Source: Cyanophora paradoxa CCMP329 (lineage: Eukaryota; Plantae; Glaucophyta). Taken from it: a stretch of DNA of 64,000 bases. The notes under the pieces were generated by a model. The model ran no database searches, was not told where the DNA came from, and saw nothing but the letters and a program-made list of their open reading frames with translations. Shown here piece by piece: positions 62,801 to 64,000 of this stretch. The DNA is taken from positions 62,001 through 126,000 of the forward strand of contig QPMI01000204.1 in the NCBI GenBank assembly GCA_004431415.1, given 5' to 3'. Position numbers and translations under genes: made by a program. How positions within the stretch are numbered: position 1 is the first letter of the stretch; each line of letters starts with the position of its first letter.

Positions 62801-64000
62801 CTTATGGACAGACCGCAAAAGCAGAGCCGATCCCTGCGATATCAGCAGACTCCTGGGTGCCACCATCGATCGCCTGAGGTGGCGTTCATAAAACAATGAG
62901 GATTGGAACACATTTGCTCAAACGTACTCGGTGAAGCAGGGCACAGACAGGAAGATTGGAGCAGTACCGGCACATGCGTTGGTCATGGACAAGTGGTGGT
63001 AGCCAACCTGGTTTGCCACGTTCCGCATAACGCAAATGCCTTGCAACAGCATTGCGGCGTGTAACAAGTGGCCAGGTCTCGCCTCGATCGACCTTCACTC
63101 CCTGCATTCCACTGTTGAGCATATAATATATCAGGCCCCTGTCAACGTCTTTCCCTGCTGCAGAGTCAGGTAACCGTGCAGCCGAGGAAGGGCCCAGAGG
63201 TGCGGGCCATATCGATCTGACAGGAGAAGCGTGTAGAGGATGACTTGGGCCTTGTACTGGAGGGCCCGTGTGCCGCCACCGCCAGAGCCCAGTGCCCCAG
63301 TCTTTAACTCAAATGGAATGCTGATGCTCTCACTTTCTCCGGAGATTCCTGCAGCCTGCTTCAGCATGGGGGCGGATTCAAAAATGAATATGTCTGCACC
63401 ATCCACAGGGACCAACCGAAGGCGGACAGTGGCATCCAGAGAGCCTTTTAATCCGTAGGTGGGGCTCCAGATGCTCTCTTCCACATCCGCGACCTGTTCG
63501 ATGCACACTCGAAATTCGCGACCTCCAAACCAGACACGCCCCTCAGGAGCGGGCTGAGCACGGACGAAAGTCGTCGCCCAATCGCCCACCTGCCGATCAA
63601 TACAAGCTAAGAGCTTGTTCGTGATTCTCTGTCTAAAAAAATCAATGACCTTTTCGGCAGACTTCAACAAATCCGCCCGAATTTCCTCTTCTTTTGCCCC
63701 AATTGCATATCTGAGCTCCTGCTTCAGCAAGCAGAAAAAAAAGCGAACCTTCTTGGAACGAACACTTCTTCAATGTGCTGAGTGAGAGTGGAAGATATGT
63801 CCGCTTTGATGCTTTCGGCAGAAAAGTTTCGAGAGACAAGTGCACGCTGGAAAACAGAATGAAGGAGTGTGCCTCGCAGAATTGCATTGCGGCTCTCCCC
63901 TACTTTAGTCCCTCCCTGCATCAAAGATTCATAAAAAAAGCAACTAGCGGTAGCACAGAGCTTACCGGAAAAATCTCGTCTATCAATGCGGACCGCATGC
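58728..64000 (-). CDS. DNA2: DNA2 replication nuclease/helicase (5' end outside window), multi-exon
   Basis: GTLLHSVFQ; [17 protein letters not shown]; ELKTG; CRYC Fe-S ligands; GMPGTGKT; DEASQ; VGDHNQ|LPP; [14 protein letters not shown]. Confidence 0.95.
59775..59828 (+). repeat. Compound (TG)n-poly(G) microsatellite in a DNA2 intron
   Basis: Directly visible. Confidence 0.95.

Overview
Eukaryotic nuclear DNA from an intron-dense protist or alga (introns mostly ~45-80 nt; a glaucophyte such as Cyanophora would fit, but that is only an impression). Almost all long ORFs in the track are GC-driven artefacts or exon-intron read-throughs. Splicing by hand gives about 17 genes: ODF3/SHIPPO-like, PIG-T, BIG/Sec7 ARF-GEF, two low-complexity unknowns (one with RRM-like segments), ODR4, COA3-like, panC, PAN2, CCDC25, a TPR/TAF1A-like gene, NDUFV1, ATG13, TMEM244-like, BRO1/BROX-like, UTP4 (two intronic U24-like C/D snoRNAs) and the 3' part of DNA2. 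The main discovery is that non-coding DNA is saturated with a stereotyped micro-insertion, X-(C)-revcomp(X)-(G)-X, with X usually 3 bp. A dead copy of ODR4 has ten of these in ~420 bp relative to the live gene, which points to a very active hairpin-mediated transposon-excision or template-switch mutator. Other points: a compositional switch near 23 kb (GC-rich gene bodies with GC-AG introns to the left; lower-GC, repeat-rich, rearranged DNA to the right), a MITE-like family sitting next to stop codons, inverted duplications, and a duplicated bidirectional promoter.
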